NCBI GenBank assembly: GCA_029855935.1
Contig: JAGSHN010000016.1
Coordinates: 169,527-233,526, forward strand
Direction: 5' to 3'
Length of the DNA: 64,000 nucleotides
Source: Candidatus Thorarchaeota archaeon
Lineage (GTDB): Archaea; Asgardarchaeota; Thorarchaeia; Thorarchaeales; Thorarchaeaceae
Of the stretch, positions 42,487-52,381 are shown one piece after another. Below the pieces are notes generated by a model that made no database searches, was not told the DNA's origin, and saw only the letters and a list, made by a program, of their open reading frames with translations. The translations under genes were made by a program, and so were the position numbers. Position 1 is the first letter of the stretch, and each line of letters begins with the position of its first letter.

Positions 42487-44034
42487 ATGTCAATCGACGA
42501 GTCTGTGGCAAGCAGGGGAACGACAGCGCTGCTCGGACAGTCGCTGGTGTCCGGCTTGCTGCGTGTCGTCAACATCATGGTGCTGACGCGTCTGCTCTTT
42601 CAGTCGGAGATGGGTCAGGTCGCAGTCCTCGCGATTATCTACGGAGTGATGCAATTCTTGGGCGCCGCCGGACTGAATCATGCGGCCCCACTCATCATCC
42701 CCCAAGAGGAGAGCGCTGGCAGACCCGACAGGGCGTGGGGCTTCGTCCGCCGCTCGGTGGCGATTGTGACTCTGACCTCTGCGGTCCTTGTCGCTCTCTT
42801 CCTCGTCCTCTCGCCCTTCCTCGTACCACCGACGGTTCTTGACATCTTTGTTCTTCGTCTGGTCGGACTGATCTGCCCGTTCTCAGCGATGGAGGTCTTT
42901 CTCGACTCGGTGCTTCTCGCTCGATACGAGGTGCGCAGGCTTGCTGCGGGCCGGATAGTCTTCGATGGCACACGGGTCACTGCGACGGTCGGTCTTGTGA
43001 TTGCCGGCGCTGGAGTACAGGGTGTGGCGGCGGGATGGCTCCTTGCGGAGATTGCTGCGGTCCTCGTGTTCGGACTCTCCATCGTGCGCAGTCGTGACAT
43101 GTCCAGTGCGCCTATCGAGATGCGTCCCGTGCTTGTGTTTGCTCTGTCGAGCCTGCTGTTTCAGGCGATAGATGTCACAATTCAGAACACTGACCGTGTG
43201 ATCCTGTTGATGCTCACCGACCTGACGACGCTTGGAGTCTACGATGTGATGCTGGGCATCCTGTTCATGATGAGCTTTGTCTCCCTCGGTCTGTCCACGG
43301 CGCTGTATCCCGTGTTGACACGGATTCGAGCGCGCAGCGAGGCCGAGGGTCGTGTTGAGGATGTTGGGCTGGCTGTCGCCACCCTGTTCAGGTACGTCCT
43401 GCTGATCTTGATTCCGGCGGCGTTCATCGGCGGCCTCAACGCGTATCTCTTCATCCGCGCCCTGTTCGGTCCCGCCTACGCGGACTTCCCGCAGGCGGCA
43501 CTCTCCTTCTCCATCCTGATCTTCTCGTACGCCGCGTGGGGCATTGTCTACGCACTACACTCCGTCCTGCGTTCGATGGGCGAGTCCAAGTTCTTCCTCG
43601 TCGCAGGGATTCTGATAATCTCCATAGAGGTAGTGATGTGCTGGTTCCTGACAGGGCTGCTTGGTCTTCTTGGAGCGGCAATCACAAGATGCGTATACGT
43701 GACGCTCCTGTTCGTCGGCTCCCTGTATCGGGCCCGCTCCCTCGGGGTCCGCCAGCTCGCCCGTCTTGGCCCCACTGTGGCACGGCTGTCCGTCGCATCT
43801 CTCCTTGCGTCCCTTGTCATATTCATCGTGGGGCCGACGACGCTTCTCTCGGTCGGTCTGTGGTCTGTTCTTGCTCTGCTCGTCTATGTTGTCCTTCTCT
43901 TCGTCGTCAGGGAGGTGCAGCCAATCGACTTCAGGGTCGCCCGTCACATCCTCCCTATGCCTCTGCACGGCGTACTGGCACGAATCGAGTGGGCCTACCT
44001 GGGCCGGAGCAACGACTCCCAGAGCGTTTCGTAG
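42487..44034 (+). CDS. Oligosaccharide flippase (Wzx/MOP family)
   Basis: VLTRLL...MGQV, NTDRVIL...LGVY; many TM segments. Confidence 0.83.
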   Translation: MSIDESVASRGTTALLGQSLVSGLLRVVNIMVLTRLLFQSEMGQVAVLAIIYGVMQFLGAAGLNHAAPLIIPQEESAGRPDRAWGFVRRSVAIVTLTSAVLVALFLVLSPFLVPPTVLDIFVLRLVGLICPFSAMEVFLDSVLLARYEVRRLAAGRIVFDGTRVTATVGLVIAGAGVQGVAAGWLLAEIAAVLVFGLSIVRSRDMSSAPIEMRPVLVFALSSLLFQAIDVTIQNTDRVILLMLTDLTTLGVYDVMLGILFMMSFVSLGLSTALYPVLTRIRARSEAEGRVEDVGLAVATLFRYVLLILIPAAFIGGLNAYLFIRALFGPAYADFPQAALSFSILIFSYAAWGIVYALHSVLRSMGESKFFLVAGILIISIEVVMCWFLTGLLGLLGAAITRCVYVTLLFVGSLYRARSLGVRQLARLGPTVARLSVASLLASLVIFIVGPTTLLSVGLWSVLALLVYVVLLFVVREVQPIDFRVARHILPMPLHGVLARIEWAYLGRSNDSQSVS

Positions 44035-45071
44035 GTGTCGACGAGGCTCTCCCAGGTGAGTGCGGAGGCGAATGCGACACACCTCCTCACGAGGCTGGCG
44101 TACCGTTGCATATCCCACTCCATCACACGCCGAATCTGTCTGGCAATGCCCTCTGGCGATGTCTGAATGGAGATGGGTCCGCCCGCATCGAGGACTCCCC
44201 TGAAATACCTGTACCTGAGAGGAGTGTTCGCGTAGCCGATGACCGGTACGCCGTACGACATCGCTGTGAGAATTGACAGATAGCCGCCAGCGAGGCACAG
44301 AGAGGCCCGTCTGAAGAACGGGCGAGGGTCGGCAACGTTCCCTGTGAATGTCACGTCAACGGCAAGTGACTCTGCGAGTTCCCTCAGTTCTCGCTCGGCC
44401 TCTCCGGCTCCCACAATTGTCAGATGCTGTTCCACGTCCCACCTATCCCTCAGTATGCTCATTGCCCGAATGTAGGCGTCGATGCCGATGTCAGGTCGTA
44501 GCTGACCGACAAAGATGATGCCCCCCTCTCTCTTCTCCGTCTTCGGAACCTCTACGCGCTCTGTCGCGCCAAGTGTGATATAATCGCAGGTGATTCGGTA
44601 ACACTGTTCGATGAACGAGCCAATACAGAGCGCTCTTCGGACGAGCCGTCTGGCCACGTGCCGCAGGAAGACGAAGAGTGACGGGACAGGATCCCGCTCG
44701 TATCCGTGGAAGGTCACAGCAGTGCGTTGTCGCGCTGCTGACAGCAGGATTGGCAGGCTCCAGAAGAGCAGTGGGAACGTGTCGTGGATGTGAATAATGT
44801 CAGCTCTCTTCCACAACCTCCTGTTGAAGAACATCCACAGTGTGGCCAGCGGTGGCACACGACTCCATCGAGGGGGCATTCTGACTATCTCTGTGCCATC
44901 TCTGACCTCCGTCCGCCTTACCCCCTCCCTGGCCGAGCTGGTTATCACCGTCGTGCGGTATCCGCGTCTGTTGAGCAGGGAGCACAGCCTCTCAAGATGG
45001 CGCTCGACCCCGCCAATCTCAGGCCAGTACCTCTCCGCTATCATCACGACGCTTCTCTGTCCCCGGGTCAA
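43995..45071 (-). CDS. Glycosyltransferase family 4
   Basis: PEIGGVERH, IIHIHD, VTFHG, FVGQL, AMSYGVPVI. Confidence 0.87.
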   Translation of the reverse strand: MTRGQRSVVMIAERYWPEIGGVERHLERLCSLLNRRGYRTTVITSSAREGVRRTEVRDGTEIVRMPPRWSRVPPLATLWMFFNRRLWKRADIIHIHDTFPLLFWSLPILLSAARQRTAVTFHGYERDPVPSLFVFLRHVARRLVRRALCIGSFIEQCYRITCDYITLGATERVEVPKTEKREGGIIFVGQLRPDIGIDAYIRAMSILRDRWDVEQHLTIVGAGEAERELRELAESLAVDVTFTGNVADPRPFFRRASLCLAGGYLSILTAMSYGVPVIGYANTPLRYRYFRGVLDAGGPISIQTSPEGIARQIRRVMEWDMQRYASLVRRCVAFASALTWESLVDTYETLWESLLRPR

Positions 45072-45174
45072 GAATGATCCCGGCCCGAGGTGGGCAACAC
45101 ACCGTATTAAGGGCAGTTGTCACCGATGGCTGAGGCATCGGCACGGGACCGGTGGTTTCCTGCCTGCCCCTCTG

Positions 45175-45402
45175 TCACGTCATCCGCTCGAACTTGAGCG
45201 AGATCGGGGTATCGCAGTACGGGCATCTCACAGTGGTGGGGCCGACCCATTCCACAGTGCTCTGACTGATAGAGCCTCCGCAGTTCGGGCACCGCTCAGG
45301 CAGTCGTGGGAGTACCACAACGGTATCGGGTGCAGGCTGCTCAGCAGCACTGCTCTCCACCCTGTATCTCCGCTTTCTTCGCGATCTGTGTCCGCATCCC
45401 AT
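45175..45402 (-). CDS. Small zinc-ribbon protein
   Basis: CPNCGG...VEWVGP...CPYCD; GAGGTGA upstream of the ATG. Confidence 0.72.
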   Translation of the reverse strand: MGCGHRSRRKRRYRVESSAAEQPAPDTVVVLPRLPERCPNCGGSISQSTVEWVGPTTVRCPYCDTPISLKFERMT

Positions 45403-45570
45403 GTCTTCTATTCACCTCGGCGTGCGTCGACGTGAGTGACAGCGCGGCACTTGTTCGACTCTTGCCCGCGGAGTATCGGTGGTTCGGCTTCCCGCGAGCT
45501 CCTAGGACCTGTGAAGTGCCATATGCAGGCCACTACCGTCTGCATCACTCACCAGTCGCAGTGTTCATCT

Positions 45571-45648
45571 ATAAATATATCGGTGTAGATATATCTAGCA
45601 CGGTGGGCAATGATCTTCGCGGTACAGGCCCAAAGGCATAAATATATC
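45571..45648. promoter_or_regulatory. Divergent promoter region with duplicated ATAAATATATC and a TAGATATATCTA palindrome
   Basis: ATAAATATATC at 45571-45581 and 45638-45648; perfect 12-bp palindrome at 45586-45597. Confidence 0.45.
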
Positions 45649-45793
45649 TGACCCGATACATTGTCGATGAGAGTATCGGCGGGCTCACATGCCAGAGCGG
45701 GTCGTGACCCTTGAACTGCCCCCGTGGCGGTCCACGGACACGTGGTCATTCTCGGTGTTGCCTTGGGTCGGCCGACTGAGGAGATGATGATGG

Positions 45794-47857
45794 ATGAATG
45801 ATTCTCACAAGAGTATGGACCACAGGCAGCATGCTCAGGCCGGGAAGCCGGCTCACAAGAAGGGTCACAGCGGACACGATCACCACAAGATGATGGCGAG
45901 GGACTTCAGGAAGCGCTTCATAGTGTCGATGATAGTCACCCCGCCAGTCGTGATTCTGTCACCACTGGTACGGACTCTACTTGGCCTTGACTTTCTGTCA
46001 TTCCCAGGTGACCTGTACGTACTGTTTCTGCTCTCCACGTTTGTCTACGTGTATGGCGGTCTACCATTTCTGAAGGGACTGGTAGACGAGTTGCGCAAGC
46101 ATCAGCCCGGGATGATGACCCTCGTCGCCGTGGCCATCTCGGTCGCCTACATCTACAGTGCGGCCGTGGTCTTTGGTCTTGAGGGCACCATGTTCTTCTG
46201 GGAGCTTGTGACACTGATTGACATAATGCTGCTGGGCCACTGGGTTGAGATGCGCTCAGTGATGGGCGCGTCACGGGCGCTTGAGGCGCTCGTCAAGCTA
46301 CTACCGACAACAGCTCATCTTGTGAGGCCTGACGGGACCGTGGAGGATGTTGATGCTGCAACACTGCAGAAGGGCGACGTGGTACTGGTCAAGCCGGGCG
46401 AGCGCGTTCCCTCCGATGGCGTTGTGATCAAGGGACGCACGAGCATGAACGAGTCGATGATCACAGGCGAGTCACGTCCTGTGGACAAGCAGCCCGGCGA
46501 TGAGGTGATTGGTGGTGCCATCAACGGTGATGGCAGCATCGAGATTGAGATCAGAAAGGTCGGGAGCGAGACCTATCTCGCTCAGGTCATCGACCTTGTA
46601 CGTGAGGCACAGGAGAGCCGCTCGAGGACACAGGACCTGGCGAACAGGGCGGCATTTGCTCTGACCGTGATTGCACTGGTTGTCGGTTCGATCACTCTCT
46701 CGGTCTGGCTCAGTGTCGGCCAGCCTCTACAGTTCGGGATAGAGAGGGCAGTGACGGTGATGGTGATTACCTGTCCACACGCTCTGGGCCTCGCAGTGCC
46801 TCTTGTCGTGTCCGTATCGACGACGGCCTCCGCCCAGAACGGTCTTCTCATACGTGACCGAGCAGCCTTCGAGCGTGCCCGCGGCCTGCAGGCCGTCGTC
46901 TTCGACAAGACCGGGACCCTGACAGAGGGGCAGTTCTCGGTGGCCGAGGTGATACCACTGTCGGACATGCAAGACTCGGAGATTCTCCGTCTTGCGGCAT
47001 CCGTTGAGGCTCAGTCCGAGCATCCCATTGCACAGGGTGTCGTGCGAGGAGCCGAGGAGCGTGGCATTCGTCCCCCGAAGGTCGATGGCTTCAAGGCTCT
47101 ACCGGGACAGGGCGCGACGGGCAGGGTCGAGGGCTACGAGGTGGTGGTGGTGAGTCCGGGCTACGTCCGTGAGCACGGTGGCCTGCCGGAGAACGAGAGA
47201 CTGACGGAGATCTCGAAGAAGGGTCACACGGTCGTGTACGTGATTGTCGATGGCAAGACTGTCGGTGCTCTCGCCCTCGCTGATGTGATACGTCAGGAGT
47301 CGAAGGAGGCAATCGCACAGCTAAGGAGGATGGGCGTCCGCGCTATGATGCTGACGGGAGACAACAGACACGTTGCCAAGTGGGTCGCTGAGGAGCTCGG
47401 TCTTGATGACTACTTTGCTGAGGTCTTACCTCACGAGAAGTCCGAGAAGATCAAGGAGATTCAGGCGCGGGGCCTGACGGTCGCAATGGTCGGCGATGGT
47501 ATCAATGACGCGCCTGCTCTCGCACAGGCTGATGTGGGCATCGCCATCGGCGCGGGCACCGATGTCGCAATCGAGACCGCGGACATAATACTCGTGAGGA
47601 ACGACCCGCGGGATGTTGTTGCCATCCTTGGCCTTGCCAGAGCAACCTACAGGAAGATGGTCGAGAACCTTGTCTGGGCAACGGGTTACAACGCGTTTGC
47701 AATACCCCTCGCCGCGGGAGTGCTGTACTTCATGGGCATCCTTCTGAGCCCTGCAATGGGCGCGGTCCTGATGTCCCTGAGCACTGTAATCGTGGCCATC
47801 AATGCTCGACTGCTGAAGGTCCCGTCCAGAGAGGAGACTGCTGAGAGAGCAGTCTGA
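45794..47857 (+). CDS. copB: Copper-translocating P1B-3 P-type ATPase
   Basis: His-rich N-terminus, TGES, CPH metal motif, DKTGT, SEHP, GDGINDAP, YN and MSLST. Confidence 0.92.
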   Translation: MNDSHKSMDHRQHAQAGKPAHKKGHSGHDHHKMMARDFRKRFIVSMIVTPPVVILSPLVRTLLGLDFLSFPGDLYVLFLLSTFVYVYGGLPFLKGLVDELRKHQPGMMTLVAVAISVAYIYSAAVVFGLEGTMFFWELVTLIDIMLLGHWVEMRSVMGASRALEALVKLLPTTAHLVRPDGTVEDVDAATLQKGDVVLVKPGERVPSDGVVIKGRTSMNESMITGESRPVDKQPGDEVIGGAINGDGSIEIEIRKVGSETYLAQVIDLVREAQESRSRTQDLANRAAFALTVIALVVGSITLSVWLSVGQPLQFGIERAVTVMVITCPHALGLAVPLVVSVSTTASAQNGLLIRDRAAFERARGLQAVVFDKTGTLTEGQFSVAEVIPLSDMQDSEILRLAASVEAQSEHPIAQGVVRGAEERGIRPPKVDGFKALPGQGATGRVEGYEVVVVSPGYVREHGGLPENERLTEISKKGHTVVYVIVDGKTVGALALADVIRQESKEAIAQLRRMGVRAMMLTGDNRHVAKWVAEELGLDDYFAEVLPHEKSEKIKEIQARGLTVAMVGDGINDAPALAQADVGIAIGAGTDVAIETADIILVRNDPRDVVAILGLARATYRKMVENLVWATGYNAFAIPLAAGVLYFMGILLSPAMGAVLMSLSTVIVAINARLLKVPSREETAERAV

Positions 47858-48021
47858 GCAGTTCGATGTCTGACCGTTGTCGTCTACCCAGAGGAGAGGG
47901 CACCTGTTGTCTCTCTCCTCCCCCGATGGTCTTGGCACGTGGAGCGTCTGCCCGCCAACGTAGAACGTGCCGTAGCAATCATATCGCTATGGTGTCTGTT
48001 GTTCAGACGCGGAGCGGTCAG

Positions 48022-49188
48022 TCATTCTAGACCTCTATATACACGAAGCAGTTTCTCGGACTCTCGGCCCCAGTTGAACCGCGACCTGACTAGCTCCTGC
48101 GACTTCTCCGAGATCTTGCGGCGCAGCTCCGTGTCCTCTGAGAGTGTACGGATTGCCTCTGCGAGTTCCTCGGAGATGATAGGATTGCTGACCACGACTG
48201 CTCCAACCCTCTGCAGTATTGGCAGGGACTGGGTGAGTCTTGTGAAGATCATCGGGATTCCGAGCATCATATACTCGAAGAGCTTGTTCGGAACGGCGAG
48301 GTTGTTGTTCCGAATCTTGCCGTACAGTCCAACTGCGAGGTCGCACTGTGCGGTCTTCGAGATGAGTTCCTCAAAACTGACCTGTCCTGTGAAGACGAAC
48401 ATCTCCTCTAGGCCGCGTTCCTTGACAATTGCCTGTAGCCGCTCAAGGAATGGGCCGCCGCCTATTATCCAGAACTCGTACCTGCCGGGGCTGTTCTGCT
48501 TGAGGATCTCGGCAGCACTGACAAGTTCCTCGTAGCCCCTGTATAGCAGGACGTTGCCTGAGTAGGCGATTCTGACTGGCCTGTGGATCTCTGTCGGCTG
48601 ACATGTGGGGACAGCCTTGAGTCGTTCTCTTATGCCATGCACATCGGGGACGTTCATGACAACCTCAGTAGGTGCGTGTATCCGACGTTGCAGCACCGAG
48701 GCTATCAACGGCCCGACTGTGATCACCCGGTCGACAAATAGCCCGCAGAGGAGCTCCAGAACGAGGAATGCGAGGTACGCCACCTTGGACACCTTGTCCA
48801 GTGCGGCCTCGGGAAAGAGTTCGTGTGAGTCGTACACAAGCCTCGTTCTTGGCGAGACTATCTTCAGCAGCACAGCGGGTGGCAGACCCGTGAGGTCGTG
48901 TGCATGGACTATGTCAATCTGGCCCCTCCGGGATAGCAGGGCCCGAATGGCAGCAATCCAGAATCTCAACAGATGGGTCTTCGAGGCTCGACGCCGAATT
49001 GGCACTTTCGTGACGGAGACTCTACGGATACCTTGGAGGTTATTGACCTCTCTCATCAACCAGTCAGTGTCATAGACGGTCACCTCATACCCAGCGCTGG
49101 CGAGGGCCCGTGCCTCCCTCTTCACTCGTGTGTCGAAGGGCAGGGACCCGTAGAGTACCATTGCCACGCGTCTACGTCTGTTGGTCAT
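48022..49188 (-). CDS. Glycosyltransferase family 4
   Basis: DTRVKREA, VHAHD, VYDSHE, PNKLFEYM. Confidence 0.9.
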   Translation of the reverse strand: MTNRRRRVAMVLYGSLPFDTRVKREARALASAGYEVTVYDTDWLMREVNNLQGIRRVSVTKVPIRRRASKTHLLRFWIAAIRALLSRRGQIDIVHAHDLTGLPPAVLLKIVSPRTRLVYDSHELFPEAALDKVSKVAYLAFLVLELLCGLFVDRVITVGPLIASVLQRRIHAPTEVVMNVPDVHGIRERLKAVPTCQPTEIHRPVRIAYSGNVLLYRGYEELVSAAEILKQNSPGRYEFWIIGGGPFLERLQAIVKERGLEEMFVFTGQVSFEELISKTAQCDLAVGLYGKIRNNNLAVPNKLFEYMMLGIPMIFTRLTQSLPILQRVGAVVVSNPIISEELAEAIRTLSEDTELRRKISEKSQELVRSRFNWGRESEKLLRVYRGLE

Positions 49189-49588
49189 TTGAATCAGCCA
49201 GTGTGCTTCTTGCTGCGAAGATGCGGGTGCCAATCGGCACATCCCTCGAAGCCGCTGTCTCAGACACCACGCCGGTCGCTTCCATCTCTGTCAGTGAGTC
49301 AATATGAGATCACAATCGTGGTGAGCGGCCTCTGAGCCTGTCGGGACGCGGCACACTCAGATACAGCGAGATACTCTGTCGCCCCATCACTCTCCTAATA
49401 TGCGTTCCTAATTGACACAGGTCCGGGCAAGTTCCTCAACGCCACCTGTTCGGGTCTCGCGCCTGTCGCAACGTCGTCGTGCCCGTTTCCATAGTGTGGG
49501 TCTGGTATCGTCACAACGTATTTGAAGCCGTGCCCATCGTCTTGTTGTCACTCCCCGGGACTGGGAGTCTGAGCACGAGGTCTGAGTC

Positions 49589-52381
49589 TTGGAGGTCTCC
49601 AGTCGCTTACCAACTCAACGGTTGGTCGCTCACTGGGCAGGCATCAGCCCGGGCGGGCGTCTCGCGCTGACTGGCGTGGTGACAGGAGCGACATTTCTGC
49701 TTCTCCTGTTCCTCCCCCGGTTGGATCTCCTCAGTCCTCTATCACTGGCGGTGGGGCTGACTGCTCTCGTATTGATTCCCGGGAGCCTTCTGAACTCGGT
49801 TGTGCTTCCACAGGATCTGCACAACCTCTGGACCAATCTGCTCATGGGCCTTGTCCTGGTCGTCATCGAGTCGCACCTGCTGCTACTGCTGACGGCTCTT
49901 CGCGGGCCAGTGTCCTCTCTGGGCATATGGCTGCTGCTGATGTCGGCCATCATCTCGTTTGTTCTCTATACAACGGTCGGGCCCCACAGGCGGGCACGGA
50001 GTCACGAAGCGTTGTTCAACCTCGGTGTGGACTCCGCACTGATCAGATGGCTGGCGATTGGGATCTCCGTCCGTGTGGTTCTGCTCTTTCTGGCTCAGGG
50101 CTGTATCGCCCCCGATGCGGCTCTCTACGCGGACTACGCAGAGAACATCACTGCTGGAGTCTTCAGGTCGGATGTGCAGGGGGACTACCTTGTGACAGCC
50201 TACTCCGACACTGTGGACCTCATTCCGCATCAGGGCGTATCCTATGTATTCGCGCTGTCGTTTCTTCTCGTCGACCCCTCGCTGTTTGGTCCGTCTCCCA
50301 TTCTTGTAATCCTCGGTCTTGCACTCATCTACCTCGTCTATCGGATTGCCCTCCAGATGTTTGGTCAGAGGGCGGCTGAGTTGACGGCCGTCATCACCTC
50401 GGTCCATCCCCTCCTTGTGTTCTTCTCCGTCGTCCCCTATGGGTCCGAGATCACTAGTCTGTCACTGTTGCTGTTCGTCTGGGTGTTGCTCGCTGACGGA
50501 CTGCTGAGGCGTGTCCGGTCGGAGGCAGTGGCAGGAGTCGTTGTCGGTGTGGTCGAGAGCATCTGGATGCCGAACTTCTACATCTTCTTTGCGACTCTTG
50601 TCTTTGTCACCCTTGCTCTCAGGCGAGAGAGCCCCTCCGCGTCGTTGCAGTACGCGGTTGTGGGCATCTCCATCTTTGTGGTCTGGGTGGCGTCTGAGAG
50701 TCTGATCATCCCGCTGGCTCTCGTCCTGCTGGTGTTGCTGCTTGCATTGGCAGAGCGGCATCGTCTTGCTCGTGCCGGGCCATTACAGCACGCCCTTGTC
50801 ACCTTCTTGCCTGTTGTGGGCTATCTATGGTGGTTCTACTCTCTCCAAGCGCCTCTATTCGGTCCATCTGTGGAGATTGCCGAGGCTCTGAGGCAGGCAT
50901 CGCACACCCATCTCCTGTGGAACGGCGGTTTCAACTACTCCTTTCTCCTGGGCCTGATTCCCAGTCCGGGCACTGTGCTGGCTCTTGCACTCTTCACTCT
51001 GTTCCATCTGTCGATTCCTGTCTTCTATGTCTGGGCACGCGGCCTCTGGGTCAGGCGCCGCGACGGCATTCTCTGGATGTTGGTGTTGTGCGTCGTTGTC
51101 GTCCTCGGCGGCACGGCGGTCATCCTTGAGATGCTGGCAATGGAGAAGAGCGTCCTCACACCATACTATGTGTACTCTGATGCTCGGTTTCTGCTCAGTC
51201 CTGTGACGGTAGCGCTCATCCCGATAGGGTGGCTCCTCGACTCAGTCCTGCACGTGGATACGGCCGAGTCATCGACTCCGTCCTCCTCATCAGGCCTCTC
51301 GCCATCTCCTCATTCGATTCACTGGAACAGGAGGGCGATTCTTGTCATCCTGTTGATCGGGTTTGTCCCCGGCTACGTCGCCTACCCCGTGGGACTCAAC
51401 CTGACCAACTCCGAACGGTTCTACAGCTGGACTGGTCTGAGGGAGAGCGTGGACGAGCTGGGTGATCCCAGCTCGGTGTTCCTCACTGATCGTGCGCGAG
51501 AGTTCGCGTGGTGGACCGGACGGCAGTCCGCCTTCTTGGTGTTCAAACATCCGGATGAGGGCACGACGGTCGCTCTGCGAGAGCTCACGTCTCTGGTCAG
51601 AGAATACAATGCGAGTTTCCTAGTGCTCGACTGGTATAGCCAGCACCGATGGCCCGTCCTCAGTCCTCTCTACGAGGGCGAGCTGACGGTCGGCGATACT
51701 CTGCCTGTCGATGTCGGCAGTCTCCGGATGTATCTCTCGTCCGAGTCTGCACCAGATGTTCTCTCGATGCGCGAGGTTGTGGTCCTGCCAGAGAGTGAGC
51801 AGCGACCCGCCCACGTTCGCGTGTTCAGGTTTCTCAACGCGACGTTTGAGCGTCGCTGGTACCAGGACAACCTTGCAGATGGGTGGACAGTGGACGGCCC
51901 GGGTGCGCTGTACAACAACAGTCTGCGCAATGTCTTTAGGATAGAGGGTGAGAGCGGAGTGGCCACGCTTCACAGGTCTTCTCTCTTTGACCTCTCAGTT
52001 GGTCCCGGATTCGTCGTCTGCAAGATTGTGCCAGGCTCGGCAGAGGTTCTCAACGTGACGGCATACGACAGTAGAGGACGCCTCATTGATGAGCTCACCC
52101 CAATCGGCGAGGGATATTACCTCTCTGTCTTTGACGGGGCGGGTATTGGCGACCTCCGAGTCACCATTGGGGGCGACCCCGGGGACTCTGTCAAGATAGG
52201 ACAGGTCGCTGTGTGGAGTCAGGCACCGGGAGCCGAGTCTCAGAGAACAGGAGGGCCATCGCCCTCATCTCTCTCGCCCCTCACGCCCGCTAGCAGTGTC
52301 AATCGTGTCCCTGTCGTTCGCCCGGAGGAGCCGCCGCACATACCAGAGAGCCGCCCTGACGAACACACCAACGACTGGTAG
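49589..52381 (+). CDS. Large polytopic GT-C-like (PMT/ArnT-like) membrane protein with extracellular C-terminal domains
   Basis: PDAALYADYAENI loop, many TM segments, ARFL, EYNASFLVLD; start uncertain. Confidence 0.65.
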   Translation: MEVSSRLPTQRLVAHWAGISPGGRLALTGVVTGATFLLLLFLPRLDLLSPLSLAVGLTALVLIPGSLLNSVVLPQDLHNLWTNLLMGLVLVVIESHLLLLLTALRGPVSSLGIWLLLMSAIISFVLYTTVGPHRRARSHEALFNLGVDSALIRWLAIGISVRVVLLFLAQGCIAPDAALYADYAENITAGVFRSDVQGDYLVTAYSDTVDLIPHQGVSYVFALSFLLVDPSLFGPSPILVILGLALIYLVYRIALQMFGQRAAELTAVITSVHPLLVFFSVVPYGSEITSLSLLLFVWVLLADGLLRRVRSEAVAGVVVGVVESIWMPNFYIFFATLVFVTLALRRESPSASLQYAVVGISIFVVWVASESLIIPLALVLLVLLLALAERHRLARAGPLQHALVTFLPVVGYLWWFYSLQAPLFGPSVEIAEALRQASHTHLLWNGGFNYSFLLGLIPSPGTVLALALFTLFHLSIPVFYVWARGLWVRRRDGILWMLVLCVVVVLGGTAVILEMLAMEKSVLTPYYVYSDARFLLSPVTVALIPIGWLLDSVLHVDTAESSTPSSSSGLSPSPHSIHWNRRAILVILLIGFVPGYVAYPVGLNLTNSERFYSWTGLRESVDELGDPSSVFLTDRAREFAWWTGRQSAFLVFKHPDEGTTVALRELTSLVREYNASFLVLDWYSQHRWPVLSPLYEGELTVGDTLPVDVGSLRMYLSSESAPDVLSMREVVVLPESEQRPAHVRVFRFLNATFERRWYQDNLADGWTVDGPGALYNNSLRNVFRIEGESGVATLHRSSLFDLSVGPGFVVCKIVPGSAEVLNVTAYDSRGRLIDELTPIGEGYYLSVFDGAGIGDLRVTIGGDPGDSVKIGQVAVWSQAPGAESQRTGGPSPSSLSPLTPASSVNRVPVVRPEEPPHIPESRPDEHTNDW

